DNA of 64,000 nucleotides from an uncultured Planctomycetota bacterium (GCA_903892515.1 CAITIS010000001.1:13552-77551); one strand, 5' to 3'; counted from the first letter of the stretch, positions 8,508 to 17,912 are shown. A program made the numbers and translations. Notes: a model not told the origin generated them from the letters alone.

Positions 8508-9692
8508 CTATACCTTGCTGCCGGCCGAGTACGTGGTGTTGCGCCAGGCGATCTTGGCACCCTTGCGCATCTTGCCCAAGGCCATGACCAGCGCCGCCAA
8601 GCCCACGCCGCAGCCAAGCGGGTAGCTCCAGAACAAGCCGCTGCGGGCCTTGACCATGTCGTAAAAGCGATAGATCACGCTAAGTTGCATGACGATGGCT
8701 GTCAGGGCGACGCCCAGCAGCACCTTGGCCAGCCCCGCCGGCCCAACGCCCAGCCCGCCCGCAGCCAGCCCCAGCAGCGCCGCCATGTACGGCCAGAGGC
8801 TGATCAGCGCCAGCACCACCAGCGATGCCACCACCCGCCGCACCGTGCCGAACGTGCCGTAGTAGATGCGGCTCCAACCACGAAGCATTTCCTGTAAGCT
8901 TCGATACATGCGCACGATGCACAAGTCTCCGTTGCGGATCACGCGGATGTTCAGGCCCTGCTTCTTCATTCGCCAGGCCATGTGCATGTCCTCGTTGACC
9001 TCGCTCTTGACGGCCTCGTGGGTGCCGATCCGCTCGTACGCCTCGCGCCGCATGAGCATGAACGCCCCATTGGCGTATCCCTGCGGCTTGGCGGGGTTGT
9101 TCACCTTGGCGGGGTGGAACCAGATCATCATGATGGCGCTGCACACGGGCATGCCGGCGTTCTCCCAGAAGCCCTGCATCTCCAGGCTGGGCAGGACGCT
9201 GAGCAGGTCGATCTTCTCCTTCTGGGCATACTCCAAGGCGACCGACAGCGCCCGCGGCGAGACCAGCCGGCAGTCGGCGTCGGTCATGAAAATCCATTCG
9301 CCGGCGCTGGCGGAAATGGCGTGGGACATGGCGTGGTTCTTGCCGCACCAGCCCTTGTCCAGGTGGTCGATGTTGATCAGGTGGGCCCGGGCGTCGCCGG
9401 CGATGGTCGATTCGACGATCTGGGCCGTGCGGTCTGAGGAGCGGTCGTTGGCGACGAAGATTTCGAGGTTCTGATAGTCCTGGCTCATCAACCCGCGGAC
9501 GCAGGCATCGATGCAGCATTCCTCGTCCTTGGCCGCGACAAAGGCCGAGAGCTTCGGGCCGGTCGCGGGGGCCGGGTAATCCGAACTCAGCAGGAAGTCG
9601 TGACAGTGGTGGCTGATTTCAAAGTGCCGGCTGATCCAGACCAGCAGGCTCAGGCTCGTCAGCACGATCAAGGCGATCATTACAGCAGTCAT
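8508..9692 (-). CDS. Glycosyltransferase family 2 membrane protein
   Basis: GT-A fold with DXD-like TDADCRL; N-terminal and C-terminal TM segments. Confidence 0.75.
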   Translation of the reverse strand: MTAVMIALIVLTSLSLLVWISRHFEISHHCHDFLLSSDYPAPATGPKLSAFVAAKDEECCIDACVRGLMSQDYQNLEIFVANDRSSDRTAQIVESTIAGDARAHLINIDHLDKGWCGKNHAMSHAISASAGEWIFMTDADCRLVSPRALSVALEYAQKEKIDLLSVLPSLEMQGFWENAGMPVCSAIMMIWFHPAKVNNPAKPQGYANGAFMLMRREAYERIGTHEAVKSEVNEDMHMAWRMKKQGLNIRVIRNGDLCIVRMYRSLQEMLRGWSRIYYGTFGTVRRVVASLVVLALISLWPYMAALLGLAAGGLGVGPAGLAKVLLGVALTAIVMQLSVIYRFYDMVKARSGLFWSYPLGCGVGLAALVMALGKMRKGAKIAWRNTTYSAGSKV

Positions 9693-9751
9693 GCGGCTTC
9701 CTTCTTTACGGCACAGGCTAGCGAGCCTGGTCTTCGTCGCTCTGAGCTAGT

Positions 9752-11137
9752 TTACGACTTCCTCGCGGCGGCGCGAAACAATTCAATGGCAGCGGCCAGC
9801 ACTTCCTTGACCGCTACGCCGTGGGCGCTGGCGGCGTTGGCGGCGTCGGCGTATTCGGGCGATGCCGTCACGACTTCACCTGCCAGTTCGCCCAGCTTGA
9901 TCCGCACCGGGCCGTACGGCGTCTCGACGCTCTCGTGCCGCCTGGCCAGCATGCTTCGCTGGCAGACGTGCCGGCGAATGCCCAGCGTGGTGGTCTGGCG
10001 GAACAGGATGCTCTCCATCCGCGCCACGTCCGCAGGGCTGCACAGCACCGACAGCAGCCAGGCCGGACGGTTCTTCTTCATGTAAATCGGGCTCACCCAG
10101 GCATCCAGCGCCCCGGCCGCCATCAGCGCCTCGGTGGCCGCGGCAATCACCTGCCCCGAGCAATCGTCCAGGTTTACGGCCAATTCGACAACGCTGTCGG
10201 CCGATGCGGCGTCGGCCAGTTCGCCCAGCACCACGCGCAGCAAGTTGGGCTGCTCGGCAGGGTCTCTGCCGCCGGCGCCATAGCCAATGGCCTGAATCGT
10301 CATGGCCGGCAGCGGGCCGAATTCGCCCGCCAGCGTGGTCAGCACGGCCGCGCCCGTGGGCGTGGTCAACTCGCCGGTGGGCTTGTCGCCAAGCCGGGGG
10401 GAAGCAATGGGCACACCCCTGAGCAACTCGGCCGTGGCCGGGGCGGGCACGGGCAGCAGACCGTGGGCCATCTTCACCATGCCGCTGCCGGTCGGGATCG
10501 GCGAGCAAATCACCCGCTCGATGCCCAGCAGATCGACGGCCACCGCACAGCCGACGATGTCCATAATGCTGTCGTAGGCGCCCACCTCGTGGAAGTGGAC
10601 CTCCTGAATGTCCACGCCGTGTACCTTGGCCTCGGCCTCGCCCAGCCGCTGAAAGATCCGCTTGGCCAAATCGGCCGCCCGTGGCGACAGACCGGCCGAG
10701 TCGATCAGCGCGACGATTTCCTTCAGCCCGCGATGCTCGTGGGCGTGCGTTTGGGCGTGGGCGTGTTCGGGAGCATGCTCGTGGGCGTGTTCATGGGCAT
10801 GCTCGTGGGCATGGCCATGCTCATCGGAGTGCTCGTGTTTGTGTTCATCGGCGTGGCCGAGCGCGTGCTCATCGGCGTGCTGGCGGGCCGTCTGACCCGG
10901 TTCATCACTGTGCTCGTGATCGTTACCATCGCCGGCGTCGGCGGGCAGTTCGACGTCGAACTTTGTACCGGCCAGCCCGGCGCGGCGCACCTTGCGGGCG
11001 CTGACGTGGCAGCTGGCCAGCTCGAGCTTGGCCAACTCGGCCTGCAAGGCGGCAAAGTCCAGCCCGGCGTCCAGCAAGGCCCCGACGATCATGTCGCCCG
11101 CGGCGCCGGAGAAACAGTCAAAGTATGCCAGCTTCAT
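9752..11137 (-). CDS. larC: LarC, nickel-pincer nucleotide cofactor nickel-insertion protein (DUF111), with internal His-rich (HEHA)n insert
   Basis: N-term MKLAYFDCFSGAAGDMIVGALLDAG (LarC/DUF111 signature); a ~60-aa His/Glu-rich low-complexity insert encoded by a degenerate 12-nt tandem repeat at 10735-10905. Confidence 0.8.
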   Translation of the reverse strand: MKLAYFDCFSGAAGDMIVGALLDAGLDFAALQAELAKLELASCHVSARKVRRAGLAGTKFDVELPADAGDGNDHEHSDEPGQTARQHADEHALGHADEHKHEHSDEHGHAHEHAHEHAHEHAPEHAHAQTHAHEHRGLKEIVALIDSAGLSPRAADLAKRIFQRLGEAEAKVHGVDIQEVHFHEVGAYDSIMDIVGCAVAVDLLGIERVICSPIPTGSGMVKMAHGLLPVPAPATAELLRGVPIASPRLGDKPTGELTTPTGAAVLTTLAGEFGPLPAMTIQAIGYGAGGRDPAEQPNLLRVVLGELADAASADSVVELAVNLDDCSGQVIAAATEALMAAGALDAWVSPIYMKKNRPAWLLSVLCSPADVARMESILFRQTTTLGIRRHVCQRSMLARRHESVETPYGPVRIKLGELAGEVVTASPEYADAANAASAHGVAVKEVLAAAIELFRAAARKS

Positions 11138-11331
11138 TATGCCGCTAGTCTAGAGTTCCGGAGGCTCCGGAGCAAGGTTTACGGCACCGGGCCCGAGGCG
11201 TGAGGCACGACCAAAGCCAATTGCGACGCAGAGAAGCAGAGGCACAGAGAAAGCATTGGGGAAAACCCGTGTTCTCTGCCCCTCTGCGTCTCTGCGTTGC
11301 CTGAGTCTCTTCTCGCTTTTCTGCGCCCGCC

Positions 11332-12507
11332 CTACAGCCGGTCCCCCGCGCGGCGGGCCATGAGCGTGCAGGCTATCGCACCGACCACCGTCACGGCCAG
11401 GGCCAGCACCAGCCCTGGAATGTAGCTGTGGGTGCGGTCAACGAGCGTGCCATTGATGATCGGGGCGATCGACGAGATTCCCTGGGCCATCATGATGAAC
11501 GGGTAGATCGAGCCCAGCACGCTCAGGCCGTACAGGCGGGCGACCGTGGCCGGGAAGACTGCAAAGCTGCTGGCGTAGCAGAACGCCACGCCCGCCACGG
11601 CCACGAAGAACACCGGCCCGACGCTCCCTGCCGTCAGCAGCAGCGTCAGCCCGGCCACCGCGCACAACTGGGCCAGAAAGATCGACCGCTTCGTCCCCAG
11701 CCGATCCAGCAGCCCGCCCCAGAAGACCCGCGCCAGGGCGTTGCTGGCGGCCAGGACAGAAATCGCCTGCACTGCCGCAAGTTCCGGCAGGCCGAAGAAC
11801 GTCGCCAGCGGCTTGGCGCTGCCCATCACGATCAGGAAGCAGAAACTCCCGACCAGCATGGCCACAAACAGCGTCCAGAAGCGGATGTCGCTGAAGATCG
11901 CCCGGTATTCCACCTTGGGCCGAGTGACCGCGTGCGAGCCTTCGGGCGTGATGAGATTCAGCGCGCACACCAACACCAGCGGCGGGTATACGCACAGCAT
12001 CAGGTGAAAGATTTCCAGCACCGGCCAGCCGGAATGCAACAACCACTGCACGACATTGGACAAGATCGTCGGGCCGCCGGCGAACCCGGCCATGGCCAGC
12101 CCCGCCACCAGCCCCTTATGCGTGGGGAACCACTTCATGGCCGTGGCCAGCGGGCAGACGTAACCGGCTGTGATGCCCAAGCTGGTGATCACGCCGACAG
12201 AAACCAGCAGTACGCCGTAATGCTGGCCGAGCTTCCAGGTCAGCAGGTATCCGACCGCCAGCAAGATGGCCGAGCAGACGCCCAGCACCCGCGGCCCGTA
12301 GCGGTCGTGCAGCCGGCCCCAGATGATGAGCGTGGCGCAGAAGACAAAGGTCGAAAGGGCAAAAACCTTTTGCAGATCGGCGGCGCTGTAGCCGTAGGCG
12401 TCGTGCAGCGGCTTGACGAAGACGCTCCAAGCCTGATTGGTGCCCAAACCGATCTGCATCAGCAGGCAAAAGAGGAGAACCGAGACGCGCCGAACATAAG
12501 AAGGCAT
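11332..12507 (-). CDS. MFS transporter, oxalate/formate antiporter (OFA)-like
   Basis: About 12 TM helices; N-term MFS profile (GRLHDRYGPR). Confidence 0.7.
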   Translation of the reverse strand: MPSYVRRVSVLLFCLLMQIGLGTNQAWSVFVKPLHDAYGYSAADLQKVFALSTFVFCATLIIWGRLHDRYGPRVLGVCSAILLAVGYLLTWKLGQHYGVLLVSVGVITSLGITAGYVCPLATAMKWFPTHKGLVAGLAMAGFAGGPTILSNVVQWLLHSGWPVLEIFHLMLCVYPPLVLVCALNLITPEGSHAVTRPKVEYRAIFSDIRFWTLFVAMLVGSFCFLIVMGSAKPLATFFGLPELAAVQAISVLAASNALARVFWGGLLDRLGTKRSIFLAQLCAVAGLTLLLTAGSVGPVFFVAVAGVAFCYASSFAVFPATVARLYGLSVLGSIYPFIMMAQGISSIAPIINGTLVDRTHSYIPGLVLALAVTVVGAIACTLMARRAGDRL

Positions 12508-12519
12508 GAGGAATCCGGC

Positions 12520-12798
12520 CTATTTGTCGCGATGCCGGCGCATGGTGATGATCAGGATAATGATGACTATGAGGGCAAAGCCCAGCCCGGCCAGACTCAG
12601 CACCAGCATGGGCACCGGTACGGGATTGGCCAGAACGCTGTAGATGACCTGCAGCGTCTCTACCACGGTCAGCACGGCCAGTATCACCAGCATCGGCATC
12701 ATGCGAGCCTGGAACGACTGACGCATCTTCAACAGATGCTTGAATTCATCGGAGCTTGCCATGGGCCACATGATACGGGCAACGTGCAGGACGTGCAA
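12520..12798 (-). CDS. Small 2-TM membrane protein, hypothetical
   Basis: 92 aa with two hydrophobic helices; ends 13 nt upstream of the MFS gene on the same strand. Confidence 0.3.
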   Translation of the reverse strand: MHVLHVARIMWPMASSDEFKHLLKMRQSFQARMMPMLVILAVLTVVETLQVIYSVLANPVPVPMLVLSLAGLGFALIVIIILIITMRRHRDK

Positions 12799-12971
12799 CT
12801 TGTTGCCCGTGGTTGCACTGGGCGTATCATGTACATGGCCGGGCGCTTCCGCGCCGTTGCGGAAGCATGTCGGGCATGCCTAGGCACAAGACGCAGAAGC
12901 ATGGCACCGGGCCAAGGACGCGTACAGAGAGCTGACGGAACGAATCTCCGTCAAACACACTCGGAGATAAC

Positions 12972-13259
12972 ATGGCAACCTACATCGTTTTCACCCGAGA
13001 AAGCACCCGCGACGCTTCGGAACTGGCGACTTACTCGCAAAAGGTCGGCGGCGCGATGGCCGGTCACCCAGTTACGGTGCTGGCTGCGTATGGCCGGCAG
13101 GAGGTGCTCGAAGGCCCGCCAGTCGAGGGCGTGGTCATCCTGGAATTCCCCAACTTCGCCGCAGCCAAGGCGTGGTACGACAGCCCCGCCTACCGCCAAG
13201 TCCGCCAGCATCGCTTCAAAGGCGCCGACTACCGGGCCGTGATCGTCGAAGGCGTGTAA
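12972..13259 (+). CDS. DUF1330-family protein
   Basis: 95 aa; the pattern YIVF...GHPVTVLAAYG...VVILEFPNFAAAKAWYDSPAYRQ is typical of DUF1330. Confidence 0.5.
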   Translation: MATYIVFTRESTRDASELATYSQKVGGAMAGHPVTVLAAYGRQEVLEGPPVEGVVILEFPNFAAAKAWYDSPAYRQVRQHRFKGADYRAVIVEGV

Positions 13260-13612
13260 TTAGTCGCCCAAGGCGTGCAGAACCTTGGCGATGAAGCCGC
13301 GACGGAGGCTGAACTTCAAACTCCTCTTCCTTCGGGAGCGGTCCGCCTTCAGGCGGGGTGAGGGGCGGAGTTGCCAAGCGGCCCTCACCCGACCCTCTCC
13401 CACAGGGAGAGGAGTACAGAAGCATGGCCGCCGGCTCTGCGCTGGGGTGGCGCAGCTGTGCCGGCAAAGCTGCTTGCACGGGGGCTGCCTCGGCGGTACG
13501 ATGGCTCTTTCGCATCTGCCCGTGAAGCGCACCACGACAGGTGAAACCCCGTAGTGTTCAGCAGAGTGTCGAGCCCGCCGGGCCGATCCACAGTTAGAGG
13601 AGTTGTAACACG

Positions 13613-15499
13613 ATGAGTTGCGAGAGAGTTCCGGTGGCCGTATTTGAGGATTCCAAGGCCGCGTCCGTGGCCGTCGCCCGCCGCATCGCCGAGATCATGC
13701 GAGCCAAGGCTGCCGAAGGCAAGAACGCCGTGCTGGGCCTGGCCACCGGCCACACGCCCGTGGCCGTATACGCCGAGTTGATCCGCCTGCACAAAGAGGA
13801 AGGCCTGGACTTCTCCAACGTCGTGACCTTCAACCTCGACGAGTACTGGCCCATCGCTCCGAGCGTCATGCAGAGCTACTGGGCATGGATGCACGAGCAT
13901 CTGTTCAACCACGTGAACGTCAAGCCCGAGAACATCCACATTCCGCCCGGCGAGGTGAAGGAAGCTGAAATCGCCAAGCTCTGCCGCCAGTACGAGCACA
14001 ACATCACCAAGGCCGGCGGCATCGACCTGCAGATCCTGGGCATCGGGCTGTCGGGACACATCGGCTTTAACGAGCCCGGCTCGGCGCGCGACAGCCGCAC
14101 GCGCCGCATCGTGCTGGACCGCGTGACCCGCAAGGCCGCCGCCAGCGACTTCTTCGGCGAGGAGAACGTCCCGTCCATGGCCATCACCATGGGCGTGGGC
14201 ACCATCCTGGACGCCCGCGAGATTTGCCTGCTGGCCTTCGGCGAGCACAAGGCCTCCATCGTGCAGCGTTCCGTCGAGGGCGAGATCAACGCGACCATCG
14301 CGGCCACGTACCTGCAAAAGCACCCTAACGCGAAGTTCTACCTCGACGACGCCGCGGCCGCCCGGCTGACGCGCTTCGAGACGCCCTGGGAAATGGGCTC
14401 CTGCCAGTGGGATGACATGCTGGAACGCCACGCGGTGATCTGGCTTGCCCGGAAGGTGAACAAGGCCGTCCTGCGGCTGACGGACGAAGATTACGTCGAG
14501 CACGGGCTGGGCGAACTGCGGGCCCGCGGCGGCGCGTACGACATCAACCTCAAGGTCTTCCGCTACCTGATGAACACCATCACGGGCTGGCCGGCGGGCA
14601 AGAGCAAGAAGCGGCGCGTGCTGATCTTCAGCCCGCACCCCGACGACGACGTGATCTGCATGGCCGGCACGATGACCCGCCTGGTCGAACAGGGCCACGA
14701 AGTGCACGTGGCGTACATGGTCAGCGGCTACCTGAGCGTGTTCGACCACGACGTGTCGCGCTACGCCGACTTCGTGCGCGAGTTCAACAAGATCTTCGGC
14801 GTCATGCCCGAACAGTCGGCCACCATCGAGCAGCACATCGACAAGTTCCTCAAGCAGAAGAGGCCCGGCGACATCGACACCACGGAAATCCAGTCGCTCA
14901 AGGGCCTGATCCGCCGGGCCGAGGCCATCGACGCCGCCAAGTACTGCGGCATCGAGGAGAGCCGCTGCCACTTCCTGGACATGCCCTTCTACAACACCGG
15001 CAAGGTGCAGAAGCTGTCGATCGGCGAGGCCGACATCTCGGCCGTGCGCAAGGTGCTCGAGACCGTCAAGCCGGACATGATCTTTGCCGCCGGCGACCTG
15101 TCCGACCCGCATGGCACGCACCGGCTGTGCGGCGAGGCGGGGTTCATCGCACTGGATCAGTACCTTGCCGCCGGCAACGCCAAGCCGGAGCTGTGGCTGT
15201 ATCGCGGCGCGTGGCAGGAGTGGAGCCCCGAGCAGATTTCCATGGCCGTGCCGCTCTCGCCCGATGAACTCAAGAGCAAGCGGTTCGCCATCTTCCGCCA
15301 CCAGAGCCAGAAGGACCGCGCCATGTTCCCGGGCCCCTTCGACAGCCGCGAGTTCTGGCAGCGGGCCGAGGAACGCAACATCTCCACCGCCAAGCTGTAC
15401 GACGATCTGGGCCTGCCGGAATACCACGCCATGGAGGCCTTCGCCGTCTGGCCGCTGAAGCGTCCAGCCAACCACGATCAGCAGATGACGAAGATATAG
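13613..15499 (+). CDS. nagB: Glucosamine-6-phosphate deaminase (NagB) fused to LmbE/PIG-L-family deacetylase domain
   Basis: N-term NagB motifs (GLATGHTP, FNLDEY, GIGLSGHIGFNEPGS); C-term PIG-L motif VLIFSPHPDDDVICMAGT. Confidence 0.8.
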   Translation: MSCERVPVAVFEDSKAASVAVARRIAEIMRAKAAEGKNAVLGLATGHTPVAVYAELIRLHKEEGLDFSNVVTFNLDEYWPIAPSVMQSYWAWMHEHLFNHVNVKPENIHIPPGEVKEAEIAKLCRQYEHNITKAGGIDLQILGIGLSGHIGFNEPGSARDSRTRRIVLDRVTRKAAASDFFGEENVPSMAITMGVGTILDAREICLLAFGEHKASIVQRSVEGEINATIAATYLQKHPNAKFYLDDAAAARLTRFETPWEMGSCQWDDMLERHAVIWLARKVNKAVLRLTDEDYVEHGLGELRARGGAYDINLKVFRYLMNTITGWPAGKSKKRRVLIFSPHPDDDVICMAGTMTRLVEQGHEVHVAYMVSGYLSVFDHDVSRYADFVREFNKIFGVMPEQSATIEQHIDKFLKQKRPGDIDTTEIQSLKGLIRRAEAIDAAKYCGIEESRCHFLDMPFYNTGKVQKLSIGEADISAVRKVLETVKPDMIFAAGDLSDPHGTHRLCGEAGFIALDQYLAAGNAKPELWLYRGAWQEWSPEQISMAVPLSPDELKSKRFAIFRHQSQKDRAMFPGPFDSREFWQRAEERNISTAKLYDDLGLPEYHAMEAFAVWPLKRPANHDQQMTKI

Positions 15500-15536
15500 G
15501 GCGTAGGGCGTAGGGCGTAGGGCGTAGGGCGTAGGG
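15498..15536. repeat. Heptamer tandem array (GGGCGTA)x5
   Basis: Overlaps the nagB stop codon. Confidence 0.75.
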
Positions 15537-15697
15537 AAAAACAAGACTGGGCCACAGAGACGCAGAGGGCTCAGAGAAGACAAGATTTCAATGCGGCGCG
15601 TGTGCAACTGGTTGTACGCGCGCCGGATGGTTGTGTACCACGACAGTCCGTAGGCTGGGCCGAGGAATTCTTTCCGAGGCCCACCTTCGGCGTCCCG

Positions 15698-15741
15698 GCT
15701 TCCCGCTTCCCGATTCCCGCTTCCCGATTCCCGCTTCCCGT
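15698..15741. repeat. Heptamer tandem array (TTCCCGN)x6
   Basis: CTTCCCGCTTCCCGATTCCCGCTTCCCGATTCCCGCTTCCCG. Confidence 0.75.
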
Positions 15742-15742
15742 C

Positions 15743-16243
15743 TTATTCATCGTCGCGCACGGCCAGGAATTCAACGGCCCCCGAATCGGTATCCAGCAGG
15801 GCCACCGTGGGGACTAGCGTGCGGTCAAGGGCGCCGGGGTTGATTACGTGGGTCGAGCCGACCATCTCGTTGCGCTGGCGGTGCGTGTGGCCATGACAGA
15901 GATACGCCACGTGCCCGGAGATCCCCTTCTGCAATAGCCAGGGCTGGTTGCCGTGCGTGACGGCCAGCAGGCCCTGACCGTTGAGGCTGATCGTGACCAT
16001 GTCCAGGTCGAAGGTGATGCCATGAGCTTGGGCGTGTCGCTGCAATTCAGACATGTCCAGATCGGTATTGCCCGCGACCGCGTACACGGGCTTGCCGCAG
16101 GCGATGAGTTCGTCCATGCACGAGCAGCCGCCGACATCGCCGCAATGCACGATGGTGTCGGCCCCGCGACGGCACAAAGTTTCCAGCGCCCGCTGGAGAC
16201 GCAACCTCTGGCCGTGAGAATCCGAAACGATGCCAACTTTCAT
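15743..16243 (-). CDS. YfcE/MJ0936-family metallophosphoesterase
   Basis: MKVGIVSDSHG...GDVGG...GHTH motifs; AAGGAG ribosome-binding site 9 nt upstream of the ATG at 16243 (the ORF-track N-extension to 16339 was rejected). Confidence 0.7.
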   Translation of the reverse strand: MKVGIVSDSHGQRLRLQRALETLCRRGADTIVHCGDVGGCSCMDELIACGKPVYAVAGNTDLDMSELQRHAQAHGITFDLDMVTISLNGQGLLAVTHGNQPWLLQKGISGHVAYLCHGHTHRQRNEMVGSTHVINPGALDRTLVPTVALLDTDSGAVEFLAVRDDE

Positions 16244-16337
16244 CGAACGAAACGCTCCTTTGCCGTGCACAACTGAACCAAATGTTGATTGTACCGCGCA
16301 GGCGCGGTAATCCTCTGCCATTCTTGAAAGGGCCGAC

Positions 16338-17798
16338 ATGCGGCTGACACCTCAGGGCGTGCGTTGCCTCAGCGAAAGCGAAATCCAGGCCATCGTCGAT
16401 ACGTCGCTGAACATCCTCGACGAGATCGGCATGATCATCGAGAGCCCGTTCATCTGCCAGCGCTTCGTCGAGGCCGGGGCCGCGTGGGACGGGCAAACCC
16501 GTCTGAAGTTCCCGCGCTCGCTCATGCGGCGGTACATCGAGTCGCAGCGGCGCGAGAATTTCCCCGCGCCCGTGCCGCGCGAACCGCACGTGGGCGGCAG
16601 CATCGGCAGCTACCCGATGCGGTACCTCGACCCCTACGACCGCACCATCAAGCTGCACACCGCCCGCAGCGTGGCCGACCTGACCCGCCTGGCCGACGCC
16701 GTGCCCAACATCGATGGCATCGGCTCGTGCGGCGTGCCGTCGGACATCTCGCCGCTGCTCCAGCCGCTGTGGATGCGGTTTATTTCCTGGCGGTACGCCG
16801 AGAAGCTCTCCAACTCCTACGTGCTGTGGGATCACCGGCTTTGCCCGCTGATCGCCGAGTTCGCCGAGACGGTCTCGGCCATGGAACCGCAGAACGGCGG
16901 CGTGAAGCGGTACTTCCGCGGCGAGAACTACATCATCACCCCGCTGCGGTATGCCCGCGAAGAGGCCCTGCAATTCGAGTGGTTCTACCAGCACGGCTAC
17001 CGGGTGACAGTGGGCAACTTGCCGTCCATCGGCGGCTCGGCGCCCAGCACGATGGCCGGCGCGGTGGCGCTGGGGTTGGCGGAGTCGCTGGTCATCAACT
17101 TCTGGCAACACGTGTTCTATGGCGACAAGGGCCTGTACGTGGCGTGTGCGATTCCGCCGCTGGACATGCGCACCGGCTGCATGCCCTACGGGAGGCCGGA
17201 GCAGACGCTGACGGCCCTGGCCATGTCGCAGATCGCCGATGCCATCGGCGCGCTGGATACCGGCAGCACCGGCCACGGCACGGCCGCCAAGGGCCCCAAC
17301 ATCGAGGCCGGGCTCAACAAGGGTTTTGGGGCCGGCATGCAACTGGCCCTGTTCGGCGACGTTGACTGGCACTTCGGCATCTTCAGCACCGACGAAATCT
17401 ACGACCCGCGGCTGATCCTGATCGAGAACGAGTTCGTGGACAGCCTGCGTCGCATCAGCCGGGGCTTTGAGGTGACGCCCGAGACGCTGGCGTACGACGT
17501 GATTCGCGAGGTCGGCGCCGGCGGGCAGTTCCTCTCGCACCCGCACACGCACGAGCACTTCCGCCAGGAACTGTGGCTGCCCGACTTGTTTAATGGCATG
17601 TATATGGAAGGCTGGATGGCCGCCGGCAGGCCGGAGATTTTAGAGCGGGCTCGGGACAAGGTGCTGGATATCCTGGCCAGCCACCACCCGCGCGGCATCA
17701 AGCCCGAGACGGAAGAAGCGTTGCTCTCGCTGATGGACAAGTACGCCGCCGAGCTGAACCTGACGGACTACGTCCGGCCAACAGATTTGCCAAAGTAG
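16338..17798 (+). CDS. MttB-superfamily (trimethylamine/glycine-betaine-type) corrinoid methyltransferase homolog, no in-frame amber codon
   Basis: 486 aa, the length and N-terminal pattern (LSESEIQAIVDTSLNILDEIGM) of the MttB family; uninterrupted ORF, so a non-pyrrolysine member. Confidence 0.55.
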   Translation: MRLTPQGVRCLSESEIQAIVDTSLNILDEIGMIIESPFICQRFVEAGAAWDGQTRLKFPRSLMRRYIESQRRENFPAPVPREPHVGGSIGSYPMRYLDPYDRTIKLHTARSVADLTRLADAVPNIDGIGSCGVPSDISPLLQPLWMRFISWRYAEKLSNSYVLWDHRLCPLIAEFAETVSAMEPQNGGVKRYFRGENYIITPLRYAREEALQFEWFYQHGYRVTVGNLPSIGGSAPSTMAGAVALGLAESLVINFWQHVFYGDKGLYVACAIPPLDMRTGCMPYGRPEQTLTALAMSQIADAIGALDTGSTGHGTAAKGPNIEAGLNKGFGAGMQLALFGDVDWHFGIFSTDEIYDPRLILIENEFVDSLRRISRGFEVTPETLAYDVIREVGAGGQFLSHPHTHEHFRQELWLPDLFNGMYMEGWMAAGRPEILERARDKVLDILASHHPRGIKPETEEALLSLMDKYAAELNLTDYVRPTDLPK

Positions 17799-17814
17799 AG
17801 TTGACCGCGCGGCC

Positions 17815-17849
17815 GGTTGGCCCCGTGGCAAAGCCGCCCTCGGCTGTGC
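17815..17849 (+). terminator. REP-like terminator hairpin, copy 2
   Basis: GGCCCCGTGGCAAAGCCGCCCTCGGCTGTGCG, 17 nt after the MttB stop. Confidence 0.55.
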
Positions 17850-17859
17850 GAACCAGCGT

Positions 17860-17912
17860 TTTCACGGGTCCGTCTTCACGGGTCCGTTTTCACGGGTCCG
17901 TTTTCACGGGTG
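17860..17912. repeat. 13-mer tandem array (TTCACGGGTCCGT)x4
   Basis: Direct tandem copies between convergent MttB and lon. Confidence 0.7.

Noticed and set aside
13259-13612. Possible glmS-type ribozyme or riboswitch in the 350-nt nagB leader
   Set aside because: It contains GC hairpins (CCCTCTCCCACAGGGAGAGG, GGTGAGGGGC/GCCCTCACC) but none of the conserved glmS ribozyme core sequences, and it is more consistent with the REP-like hairpins common in this genome. Low-priority Rfam check only.
13385-15607. 740-aa minus-strand ORF fully overlapping nagB, and similar long antisense ORFs (872-2122, 9821-11203, 11428-13242, 16047-17558, 18011-19225, 19229-20722, 21536-23485, 28546-29982, 34208-35716, 36337-37770, 52534-54816)
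   Set aside because: Each lies antisense to a gene with clear family signatures. High GC suppresses stop codons in antisense frames. Their translations are low-complexity (Arg/Ala/Gly/Pro-rich) without motifs.
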